A stretch of 64,000 nt of DNA. Origin: Chrysomallon squamiferum (lineage: Eukaryota > Animalia > Mollusca). Shown piece by piece: positions 39,652 through 52,200 of the stretch. The notes under the pieces were generated by a model that saw only the letters and a list, made by a program, of their open reading frames with translations, was not told the origin of the DNA and did no database searches. A program made the position numbers and the translations under genes. The stretch is taken from NCBI GenBank assembly GCA_012295275.1, contig CM022665.1, positions 29,822,001-29,886,000 of the forward strand. Reading direction: 5' to 3'. Within the stretch, counting starts at the first letter, position 1. The number at the start of each line of letters is the position of its first letter.

Positions 39652-40991
39652 ACTAAAAATAAATTTGATTACATAAAACTATGTATCATTAATAAAACAC
39701 AAGTCTAAATTACACTTTTAATTGTGAAAGATACTACAAATATATTTTTAAACACTGCTCAGTAAAATAAAACAGCAATAAATATGCATACATGTACATA
39801 ATTACTTCTGCTTATTCAGATATAAAAATATTATTTAGAGGTCATGAACATATGAATCCCTCTTTTTATCTTTTAAATTAAATATGTGTTTCTACCAAAA
39901 CCACAAAGTATGATGTATTATAAATTTAAAAACAATAAAATAAAGATCTTGAAGTTATATAAAGGTATATAAAGGGAACTATATGTACTACTGCAATTCT
40001 AGTAAATCTTACAGCTCTGTTGGCATCAAATCAGGCAGTTTTCACCTCTAGCACTGTGAACAAATTTAATTTCTTCCAGTACAATGCAGATGCTGTTTTA
40101 TACAGTTGTTTCAAATGATGATTTTACTCTAGTGAATGTATTTTAAACTGCTGCACATTAAAAGAAACAAACATGATAGTTTGCCTGTTGTGATATTATT
40201 AGCTTTACTTTTGTTCAGAAAAATAATCTGATACTGAATCAAATATAAATATTAAAAAGAAAAAGAAGCTCTGAAAATTTAAGTTTTCTTATCCTTTAAT
40301 GTGAAAAAGACTAAGTTAAATGTGCAAAAAAAGTAAAATGTTATAAAAATATAAAACAAAAACCAAGTATTCAAACAAGAAGATTTTTATGAACAACATC
40401 AGTTTGTAATGTTATCTGTTATGAAATACTAAAAAGAGTTTTTAAAAAGTTAAAGGATTTTTAAAATGCAGATTTCAATTTTTTAACAGATTTAACACTT
40501 CCAAAAACTGTTTCATGAGACACAAAAAAATGCAGAGCAAAGGGACAGTATTATGGAGTCACAAAACCCCTCTTTTTCCTCAATATTTGTTGCCAAGGTT
40601 TTAACTCGTACAACTCTGATAGTTCTTATTATGCATTCAGAGATCCTTGCTTCAACAATGAGTTATATTTTTCCCAGTGACTCTTTCAAAATATTTTGTT
40701 CTGTAGATATATTTAAGAAGCTGCCTTTTATTTAGCTAATGTAATTTGGATTTCAGTTAGTCAAACAAATGTGCTACAAATATAGTTGTTAAATATCATG
40801 CCCAGCAAGAAAAATAACTATACGAACTTAAAGAAGTAACTGTAGCTCTATAGGTTTCATCAAGTCTTTAAAATAAAAGACTGAACCAATTTAGACTTTT
40901 TTTCCTTGAAGCTTGATGTGCAAAATAATGTTTTATACCAGGCACTTGCTATTGTTTACCATGATGTCACTGATGTCATCAACACAAGTTT

Positions 40992-43900
40992 TTAAATTTG
41001 TTCATACTGTGTGGAAGGATGGAAGTGCTGGAGAAGCCTCTGTCGTTCACGATCCATGCTTGTTAGGAAAGCCTCTTGACGATGATAGGAATACATTCTG
41101 ACTACAGATATCACTGACATCAAAACCCAACAAATCCATGATGTCCAAGATCCAAACTGAAATGAATCAGTCAACAGTTATTAGATGTTACAAGAAAGAA
41201 AACCTGCTTCAAGCATTTCATCAATTATCAGCAAGTGATTTTTTTATAATGTTAATGTGCGAGTGTGTGTGGGTGTGTTTGCACGTGCCCCTTGGGACAG
41301 AAAACCAATCAATCATTATGGAAACAACCAAATGAATGCATAAGCACAAGACATTAAAAATTTCAGATTAATGTTCTAACCATGGAGCAACCAAACATGA
41401 TGACAGAAGGATAATTGTGTATTTAAAAGTTTTATTACAGGTATTCATAAATTATGAACTAACATTCCAATAGTTTTCATTTCAGTTTTAGTCACATCAT
41501 TTAAGCTACATACATGCACTAATGTCAAACTATGCTCCTGTAAATAATAAACAGTGAAGGACTGTACACCTTGTAATCCATCTTTAGAAAATAAAGTCCT
41601 GCTACACTTTTAAATTTTAATTAAATGAAAATGGCTTTACGGATTTGAACAAATTAGTCATGCACTTTCTATAGACTGCTACAATTTGTCCCATAATGAA
41701 AAAATCCCTCTTCTTCAGTTTTCTTATGCTCTGTAGTCTTCAACATGAGCACCTTCTTTTTTTAGACAAATTGCCCATGTGGTGCCCACTCCAGAGGTCC
41801 TCGACAACCTACCCATCTATCAGGAAACTTGTGATTCAAGAAATCACAAACTGCTTTAGCATAATGTTGGAAAAAAACAATCACATTATGCTAAAGCAGT
41901 TCGTAATTTCTTGAATCACATGTTCCCTGATAGCTGGGTAGGTCATCAAGCACCTCTGGAGTGGGCACCATGTTCTCCAGATTTGACACCCTGTGACTTC
42001 TTTCAGTGGAGCTTCCTGAAAAGCAAAGCCTATGGATCAAAGCCCAGGAGTGTTGAAGTTAGAGGAAACGTGATAAGGAATGCCTGCAGTCTTTTTACAA
42101 GGGAGATGCTGAACAGAGTTGGAGAGGAATGCTTGAAGAGGTGGGCAATGTCTCTCAAAAAAGGTGGTGCTCAGGTTGAAGGAGCCTAAGAAAACAGAAG
42201 AAGAGGGATTTTTTCGTTATAGGACAAATTTAGCACTCTATAGAAAGTTCACAACTAATTTTGTTGAAATCTGTAAAGCAGTTTTAATTTAATTAAAATT
42301 TAAAAGTGTAGCTGGACTTTTGAATTACCCTGTATTTCATCTCGAAAATAGAGTACTTTTATCCATTTATTTATTCTATAATTGATGCTACCAGGTGGTC
42401 TTATTATCAGGTCATTTTATTTACAAAATAAAAATATTATTTCAGTATTTTACAGAAGTGGATATGATGGTGGAATGTTGTTGGAACAGAGTTTTTATTA
42501 TGTTAAATTTCACAGATAATATTAACTTACCTGTGCCATCTCCATCTCAGTGTAAAACTGACTTGTATCTATGTGTTTTTCATAACGAAAAATGTCATTA
42601 TATTGAAGATCTTCACAACTGAAAAAAATTAATATTCAATCAATCAATAATTAATATAATAAGATGAGTTTCTGTTGTATTTTTAGTCAAAAAATACAAA
42701 TCATTTCACACAAAAATAATTGTAATAACTGTTATAGATTCAGTCACCTTCTATTTTCTTGGATTTGTAAAAATAAACAAATGAGGCTGATTTTTGTCAA
42801 TTATTTTCATCAAATCCAAATATTCTCTTTATAATATTTCTAAAAATCCAAATTTTCTGATGTTCGTTAAAAACAAATAAACTGACACATTTTAGGTCTA
42901 CATTCTAGTACTATTTTTCAAAATCAATTCAAATCTCTGCTAATTTTGTTTTATTAATTTGTGAAAAAAAATGAGAGTATGAATATCAACTCATTTAACA
43001 AAATTCTTTTCTTTTTTTCACTGAATGAATGTTCTTCACAATTTTTTATTTTGTCTTTCAGCCCACTCCTGGCAGTGCTTATCCCTATCATCCCAGTTAC
43101 ACTGGCTATGGACCACAATATGGACCATATTATCCACCATGCACTAAATTTCACTAATAATAATGATATAACAATATACAATTGTAACATTGATATATCT
43201 TTAAATGGGAGATAAAATAATTGACAATAACAACAACAAAATTATAATAACAACTCACAAATGCAAAATTCAAGCCACTACAGATTTTAAAAATTTTATT
43301 GTAAAACTTTATTTATATTTGTACCTCATCACCGGTGACTGGGGCCCAGTGATAAAATCACACCATTTCTGAAATCCTACACTGACTGTCAGTGCTGATG
43401 CAAACAACAACACTGATAAAACAATGCTTGACAGGCAGGTTAGAAATGTTGCCAGCCAGGAGCTGTAACAAAATTTGGGCAGTAAATTAACAACAAGAAA
43501 CAAAAGTTTTATTCAACAGTGCACTCAGCACCTTTTTTTTTAATCAAATGCTATGTACATACATATGGTAAAGAACCACACATAATTAACAGAAAAACAT
43601 CTAATATTTCATTCTTTGTTTTTAATATAATGGATCTTTTACACATACCAGTCTTAATGCAATATTTTGTCCAAATGTTGGTATAGTAATTGATAATTAA
43701 TGTACATTATTGCTTAATATAAACAGTCACATTTAATATATAAACTTCTGAAAAATAATATTAATAATAATTTTCCAGTTTTAACATGACAGTTGCAGTT
43801 TTTTGTTATTGTTGTTCTTTGTTTTCATAATTATTATTATATTTATCATTACATGCTGCAGACTGGTTAATTTCAGTGAACCACGATGACATGATAATCA

Positions 43901-44429
43901 GTCTGGGCCACTCTATATTTCACTTGTATTTTAATTAATACTTGGAATTATAAAATATGCATAAAATGTTTTAATAGTCTGATTCATCAGACAGGTATTT
44001 TCTAATAAATAAGCTGTTATGAAGCCGGAGTACATTGTTTTATCTTGATTTGATAAGCTGTATTAAAAGGAAAAGCTGCTTGTTACTTTACATTCCAATT
44101 GTATATCGTACAATATACTGTACTTTACCGATTGCATAAACACACCTGTCAGTACCTCTGCATAAATAAACAGACTGCCATACAACTTGAAAACAGGAAA
44201 TCAACATCACTAATACGCCGATAAATACAGGGAAATTACAAGCACTGGAAGGTCCCCAGTTGATTGAAGTCAAAAATCTTCCATTCCACGTTCCCGATGT
44301 ATATAATAAACAGCTACCGTTAAATTCGCCTAGATTTACTGCAATTGGAATAAAAATGAAAAAAGAAAATATGAATGACATAAGGCATGCTATGACTTGA
44401 GTCAGAACTAACAGATTTCCCAAACTCAT
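40992..44429 (-). CDS. TMEM179: Transmembrane protein 179, ~224 aa, 4 exons
   Basis: Exons 44429-44146, 43462-43325, 42618-42531 and 41156-40992 are GT-AG with phases 2, 2, 0. Motifs: FNGSCLLY, WGPSSACNF, VSVGFQKWCD, FYTEMEMAQFGSWTSWICW, and C-terminal SMDRERQRLL. Confidence 0.9.
41593..42332 (+). mobile_element. Degenerate Tc1/mariner-superfamily element with long (~125 bp) inverted repeats, in TMEM179 intron 3
   Basis: ORF 41911-42189 has the WAPCSPDLTPCDFFQWSFLKSKAY transposase motif. 41593-~41716 is the imperfect reverse complement of ~42197-42320. The right end is ...TTGAATTACCCTG|TA. Confidence 0.85.
42942..43145 (+). pseudogene. Duplicated fragment of PRPF39 (3' part of last intron plus terminal coding exon)
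   Basis: Matches 55429-55635 except for poly-A length (8 vs 11) and an A>G at 43141. It includes the polypyrimidine tract, the AG and the [26 protein letters not shown] coding sequence. Confidence 0.93.
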
Positions 44430-44942
44430 TTTGACTAAAATTACGTTCTAATAACAACAAGGGGGAAGGCATATAAATGCGGAAGTCTCGTGAGGCATAC
44501 AATATGTACCAACTATCATGATTACGGACGATTCCGAAGAATCCGAAATCAACCGAAGCTACTGGAACACGAAATAACAACAACAAAACGCTCGCTCTCT
44601 CTCTCTAAGTTTTACTTTTTATTTTATTATTATTTTTCTTATTTTAACAGATTTCATCTTTTTTCTTTTTCTACTCCATATTCTTTTAAAGATTACATAA
44701 AGATTTAATATATTATTTAAACTAAATTTGTTTGTAAAGAAATAACAGGCTGAAAAGTGAATTGGATATATTTAAGAACTTGAGTTGTAAGAATAAGGCT
44801 GTGGATGTTTCAATATAAAATACATAAATCAGAAGCTTGTTAATTATATTTGTTTAATGTTTTAAACAAATTTTAATACAAATGTTAGGATTTTAAAGTG
44901 TAACTTTGGTGAAGCGAATTCTTTTTATTATTATTATTATTA

Positions 44943-44974
<32 letters not shown>

Positions 44975-45677
44975 AATAATAATTTTTAAAAATATAGTGT
45001 AAATATATTTTTCATATATCCAGAATTACCCCCAACAATAACAATGAAATAATAGTTTTAAATATTTCTGTAGTTATGACGACGTCGGTTGGATCGATCG
45101 GTCTAAAGTTTCTTCCAGTGTTGTTATATATAGCTATGAGTCACGCAAGTAAGCTGTGACGTGACGTCTCCAACTATGTAGGGGTATAGTGGCAGTATTC
45201 AAATACTTTATAATCGTATTATTTTTGTTATAATAGTTATTAACAATCACAAGTCACCCAAAACAATTAATAATAAACTGGAAGCATAAATAATTTTAAC
45301 TGACAATTTAACTGTCAATACAGGACATTTTAAATTCACACACTGGCATTTTTTACTCGTCTATTTCAATGTTTTCTCACACTTGTGTACTCGCTTTATA
45401 TTTCCTTTGAACTTAAATGAATTTATTTGGTATAATAATATACATGACATATAAATATCAAATAACATGCTTAAGAAAATTACCAAGCATAACATGTAAA
45501 AGCATATCATCGTACACATATCTAGTGTGGTCGTCTCTCAACCTCGTGGAACATACTAATACATATTAAATTATATGCATGACTAGATTATTTATACGCT
45601 CATCTTCCCGCAACATATGCATGTTTTTTTTGTTGTTGTTGTTTTTTTTTTTTTTTTTTAACTGTTATCGATTTATA

Positions 45678-45713
<36 letters not shown>

Positions 45714-45951
45714 GTTTTGAATGTCTTTGTTTGTTTATTTAATTGTTAGATTTGAATGTGGGGAATAATTAAAATTATTATATATATTTATAATGGACAG
45801 ACTATACGGTATAATGCTATCCGGATAAAGGCGGAAAATAGCGAAGCTTTAACGAATATATATCGTTCCTAGTTGTGTCCCTTACATATGCAAATCATAG
45901 AATAGAAAGACGATTGAAAACATAATCCGAATCATCTATGTGAATCTCAAA
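44430..45951. promoter_or_regulatory. Divergent promoter region between TMEM179 and PRPF39
   Basis: The start codons are head-to-head, 1.5 kb apart, and CpGs are locally retained. Motifs: TGAGTCA (45137), TGACGTGACGTC (45157-45168), ATGCAAAT (~45888), and YY1-like AAAATGGCG at the PRPF39 ATG. Confidence 0.6.
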
Positions 45952-46228
45952 ATGGCGAATGACACGAAAAAATCGTCTGAAACGAATGACGAAAACGTTA
46001 AAAGTAATCTAGGTAATCGAGATGTTAGTGAGATGCGTTTTCTTCCTAACTTTAGCATTATATCGTCTTAATTTATCTAGGTCTGTCATAAATATGATAT
46101 TTTGACTGATTATTGTGTCTGAATATTTGTGGCAGCTTGTTAACGTGTCATTTATCTTGTGCCCGTCGTCACCTAGTTATTATAGAATACGTTCGTAAAT
46201 ATTCTATGTATACTATATTTGTTTTATA

Positions 46229-46259
<31 letters not shown>

Positions 46260-49200
46260 TTGCAACTAAATGTATCTTTTGTCTACTAAACGTAATAAAA
46301 ATTAATTTAATAATAATAAAATGAAAAAACAGTAACAAGAAAACAAATATATTTATTTATTCTCTTTAACAACGTCCACCAATAATAATATCTATAACCT
46401 AGTAAATAAAAACAAGATATTCAGAATAATCCAGACAAATAACCCCTTCTTAGTGTTTATCCTAACCTATTATTGCTTTTACCCCATAATAATTAATATC
46501 AAATTGAGATGCAAAGAAAATTTAAATGCCTACTTTATCAGTTATGTTTTTAGACTGTTTATGTTTCAAGCACTTCAGAGTTGAGAAATCCATGTCAAAT
46601 AAAGATTATAATAAATTTATATAGAAATCTAGCAGCTGACATTATTTCAGAAAAGGAGAATTTGTCCCATGTTTATATTTCACAGGAGATGGCAATACAA
46701 TAAAAATCAGTAATACATGAAACAAATAATTATGAGTTTCAGTTTATCACATTACTGTAGAAACTATTGATTTTCAGTCATGAACATGAACTATATCAGC
46801 AAAAAAAATTCATACTTGCATTTATAAATATTTATTCCAAAGAGCAATGACATGATATGTTGTATATTTTGCTCTTTTGCTGTACATTTGTTATATTAGT
46901 ATGCATATATGTGTGTGTGTTTTATAATTTACTCTCTTGCTGCACCTTTTTTGTGTTAACAGTATGTATTTGTTGTGTAACTTAATCTTCTGCTGGATGT
47001 TAGTTCTGTAACTTGGTTTCACAGTGCTCATGCCATTTGGAAAGCTTATGCTTTTGCTTATGTTGTAAATGTGGTTCTTTTTACAGCTTCATTATTCTTT
47101 TGCTGGAATGGCTGTGGTTGAAAGCAGTCTAATAAATTTAGGAATTTGTCCTATCATTTCTGTCACTGGCACTGTCTGTTATTTGCAACTTCTATTCTAT
47201 AAACATGGGCCAAATTATCCAGGCATGATCATTTCATTATAAGCTATATCTATTTTAATTATTAAAAACTGAAAAGCCATTAGATCAAAATTTAAAAGTG
47301 ATTATTTATATATTACTTGTCCAGATAAATGGTTTGGGTAAAAATTTCTGTTCAGGTAAAAATTGGTTATCTAAATGTTTCAAAAAACTGTTTTGTCTAA
47401 GATTAATAGGATCACAATGTTTAATCAAAAATATATTTTATTTTGGAAAACTCAACACTGCTTTTGCTTGAAAAAATACACAACAATTATAATAGATATC
47501 TAGATTCTAATTTGTTTCTGTGACAAAAAAAATCAGTGTGAATAGTGCCTCTGTTTGTGATTTGTGTATAATAGTGTAATAATTAATGTATAAAATGCCA
47601 ACATTTACTTTTACAGATGTTGAAAAAGAAAAAGATTTTAAAAAGGAGCAGATACGAAAGGAGAAAGAAATAGAATTAGAAAAGTATTGGAAAGCTGTCA
47701 AAGAAAACCCAACTGATTTTACTGGTTGGACATATCTGCTTCAGTTTGTTGAACAAGAGGTGATAATATATTTTTTTTCAGCCATACTGAATTCATTAAG
47801 GCAGATTTATTTTTATCTACATCTCAAGTTTAACTGACACTGCATGTTTGAAATGGTATCAAATATGCATATGTTATGATAAAATTAGACCTGTTTATCA
47901 GCATGATTTGCCAAAATTTTTAGCACAAAAATATAAATTAAAGAAAAGTGCATCTCCATTCAATAAAGCACAAAGAAAAACAATCCTGAAATTCTAATTT
48001 TAGATCTTTGTAAAATGTTTTATTAAAAATAATTTTTCAGTATGTTAATAGATGTTATTTTCTCCTCTTATTTTTTCTCAGAATGATTTATCAGGTGCAG
48101 AAGAAGCTTATGATGCTTTCTTTTGTCATTACCCTTACTGTTATGGATACTGGAAGAAATACAGTGACATGGAGAAAAAACATGGAAATTTGGATAAAGC
48201 ACTTGAGGTAAATGTATAGATTAGCATAATGTGTTTGCACTGAATGTAGTGTGTCGCGTTGCAGTTTTGTACGCGAATAAATGTATCCTAAATATACATA
48301 CTCAGACACTTTTGCATCTGGTTAAATAAAATAAAATGTGTGGAACATACATTTATATTTGTTTTTCTGCAGACAACAACATTTGAAACCATCTGACAAC
48401 AAAGGTAAAATATTTTTTAAATAAATCCTTTCTTTAACAACAACCGAGAAGATAAAGCAATTTAGATGTAAAAGGAGATTTAGGAAACAGCTACATTAAG
48501 TATGTTGTTTTTGGCATATAAATTAAAACTTTTAGCAAAATAGTCAGTTTCACACAGTATCAGTTAGCATGTGTCTGCAGTCTTGAGTGGAAATGTATAC
48601 CACAGTACCTAAAGGAACAAAGGTATTGAAGTCAAATCTTAACATCTAGATATTCCTGATAAAATACGTTAACATAATTTTGAATTAAGCTAATTTGATA
48701 GGATATCAGATTAGAACTAGAACTCAGAAAATGGGAGCAAGGTGTGATTTGAATTTTAGTAATTAAACCATTGAACACTGAAAAAACTGAATATGTTTAT
48801 TACAGTTAAGTTGTTCAACATGCAAAATAAAGAACTGTTTTAAAATGGTATCATCCTGCTGCTGTTTTTATTTTTTCTGGTATTAACAATTTTTTTTTGA
48901 TTAAACAGTTTTCTTTATTTTTATTAACATTACTGTATAACTGCTCTGCAAATTTTTAAATTGAATCTATCTTTATTGTAAACTACACCAACAAGTTTTG
49001 TTGAAGCTGGGAAAACTGTTTTATGATGACATCATTTTCTATAACACTTTATACTTAGAAATTACAATTTTAATTTTAAATCTTTAAAAAAAAGAGAAGA
49101 AAAGTGCTGTGCTGTGTATTCAAGAAGCTGTATTTGAAACAAGTCTGACTCACAAGTTTTTCAAACAGCTGTATAATATATAGCATCTGATCATCTGATG

Positions 49201-52200
49201 CAGTCATTGTAACATGTATAAAAATTAATTTTATCAAAAACTTGGCTTCATTTTTTGTCTTTTTCTTTCTTTCTTTTATTTCTTTTATATATATATATAT
49301 ATATATACATAGAAATTTTTATCTAGGATAGTTTTCTTAAAGATGTGGAACTTGTGTTTAAAGGTCTGTTTCTTTAAAAGCAGATATTTTTATTCTTATG
49401 TGATGGAGAGAAAGCCACCAAAAAGAAGACAGGAACATAATAAATTTTTGAAACTGTTAAACATGTTCTTGGTTTGCACTGGCAGTAACCGTCACAAAAG
49501 TGAGACAGCAACAGATCTGTATCACACCACTTAATGGGGAAAAGGAACATAAAATAAAACAATAAAATGCATTTTGCTTTATGCCATGTTTTTCTTTGCA
49601 GACCAATAATCCACTCCATCTGCCTTCAAGGTAGGGGAGGAAGTGGTTACAAAAGTTGATAAAATCTTAGGGCAATATTGCTTTTGAACCAGGGGAAAAC
49701 ATGAGGCTGGTGAAGATGAGGTGAGAAGATCATGCAACATCGTTTTACAATGGACTGACTTATGGTAATTAAACAGTCGTACTGTGAATGCCAATAATGA
49801 ATCGTTCGCTTATTTTTCGTGCTGTAATACTCTGCTAGGTTGGGTTTTTTTTGTAAAATTCCTTAAAAGTTATAGTATTGTGTTTTTTCAGATTTTTGAA
49901 AGAGGTCTCAAGGGAATTCCTTTGAGTGTAGAATTATGGTTGCATTATATCAATTTCTACACAAATGAATTTGGTTCCACTGAAGATGTTGAAGACAAGA
50001 TAAGAAAGCAAGTTTTATTTATTTAAAAGGATTTGATCTGTTTATGTTCTGTTAAACAGAAGACAGACTAATGCTTTATATAAAAAAACAAAAGATTGAA
50101 TATATTTGATGGTAACAGTAAATACTTTTTAAACAAAAAGTTTACTTTAAAAAAATTGTTATATATTCAGTTGCAGAACATTCACCTGCTATCTAATATA
50201 GCATTTTCAATAATCATTGTTTACTGTAGTATCCTACCATATCATTACAAAAATTACAATAGTTGGAATAATCAGCTTCATTTTACACAAACTAACAGTC
50301 TACACCAGTGCTTGTTTTTCTTGTTACTAAGATTTTAGTGCATTGCCATCCATTTTAGATTTCATTGAGAATCATGTTGCACACCTGTTCTACTTAATTT
50401 TTTGAAATATATTTCTAAGACTTTTTTCTTTTTAGATTGTATGAAAAAGCTATTATTGCTGCTGGCACAGATTTCAGGTCAGATAAACTGTGGGATGCTT
50501 TCATTTCGTGGGAGAATTCAAGGCAAAACTATAAAGCAATCACCAAATTATATGATCAACTTTTGACAATTCCAACACAGCTTTATAGTCACCATTTTGA
50601 CAAGTAAGAAGCTCAGTTTTATTTTTTTATTTTAACTGCAAAAACAATCATTTCTTTTTCCTTGAAAAAAAATAATATATATATTGGCAATACTTACAAG
50701 TTCACACTAAAAAAAACTTGTGCTTGAGCTGAACTAAATTGCCAAAATAAAGTTACCTTTTGACAGGATCTAAATAGAAAATGTTTTCTACTATTATCTT
50801 GCAAAGTTAGCAACACAGATTTAGGATGTTCAGACAAAAATTGTTTTTCAAATGGCTCTGTTAATTTAAAATATTTCTTAAATGTTAATATCAACATCAT
50901 CATTTAATTTTATACTTGTGATGTTACTTTATTCTTGTACTCATTATTTACCTATTTTAGTTTCAAGAAGCATGTTGAAGAACACCATCCTAAAGAAATA
51001 TTATCACTTGATGAGTTTTTGAGATTGCGACAAGAAGTTGTAAAGGATGTTCAGAATAATGATGACTCAATGCCTGATGGGCCACCTGGAACAGATACAC
51101 CACCTGATACTGATGCTCCTCCAGGTCTGGGGTATGATGGTGGTATGGTGAGTATTTATCCTCATGATTCAAATAGTTTTACATGGATTTTTTGTTTTTC
51201 GTTCAATATTTATCAAAGTTTTATAGGTTAGTTTTTATTAAAATGCTGACAGATTTTGAAACATAAATAATCAGTGTATGTTTTATATTTTCTGCTGTTT
51301 TATTATAATACCCTTTATGATGTTTAGAAAATCTCAGATTATTAGAAATTTCTCAATTACTGATTACATTCTAACCATTGCATTGAATTTTCAGTAAGAA
51401 AAATTTAATGCCGTTTGTCTTCATTCAAAAAGTAATATGATAATATTACAATTATTAATTTTGAAAAATCAGTTAGTCTGTTGAAGTTAAATATTTAGAT
51501 TTTTGTTTTCTAGAGTGATGAAGTAGAATGCAGAAAGCTTCGTCTTAAAATCATAGAGATCAGAGAAGAATTATTCAAGAAAAATGAAAATGAAGTCAGT
51601 AAAAGATGGGCATTTGAAGAAGCAGTGAGTATTGTATTAGTTTTATATTGTTTTGTATCCTCAGTGTATAGTAGGTAGCAGCAGACAGTTAAGTTTCAAC
51701 CAGTCACTGTACAAAATGTTCAAAATCATTGTTTTTAACAACCTGTAACTATGAACTGCATGGAAAAGAAGATTTGCTCATGAATTATTGTGTTATTGGT
51801 TTGATTATAGTTACTCAATGAATTCATACTCTTCATTTGAAAAACACGACATTTTAAATGCAGCTGGCAGCATGTGCATTTTTCAAGTTGGACAGCAAAA
51901 ACAGTATCCCAACTTCGTCAGCATGGTACCCTGAAAGTGGACAGGCTATATGATTATTTTTAGCACCTTTGCTAATAAAATGAGTTTTATAGGGATATAT
52001 GGCTTTCCTTGAAACATTGGCTTCAAACTTAAATTTGTGAATCTTGTTTGTTGATCAAATTCAGCACCATCTGGGTACACCAGATATTACAACTGTTTAA
52101 TTAATGTTTCTGATAAACATGTTCAAAAATGCATTTAATTTTTATCTAATCCTTTTGTATATATTCTGCTTTGAAAAATTAGTGAAATGGAACTTAGCAA

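Noticed and set aside
42954-43215. ORFs 42954-43190 (-) and 42961-43215 (+), and the matching 55448-55642, as a novel small duplicated gene
   Set aside because: They are off-frame or antisense readings of the PRPF39 last intron and exon and of its copy. The real frame is PTPGSAYPY...
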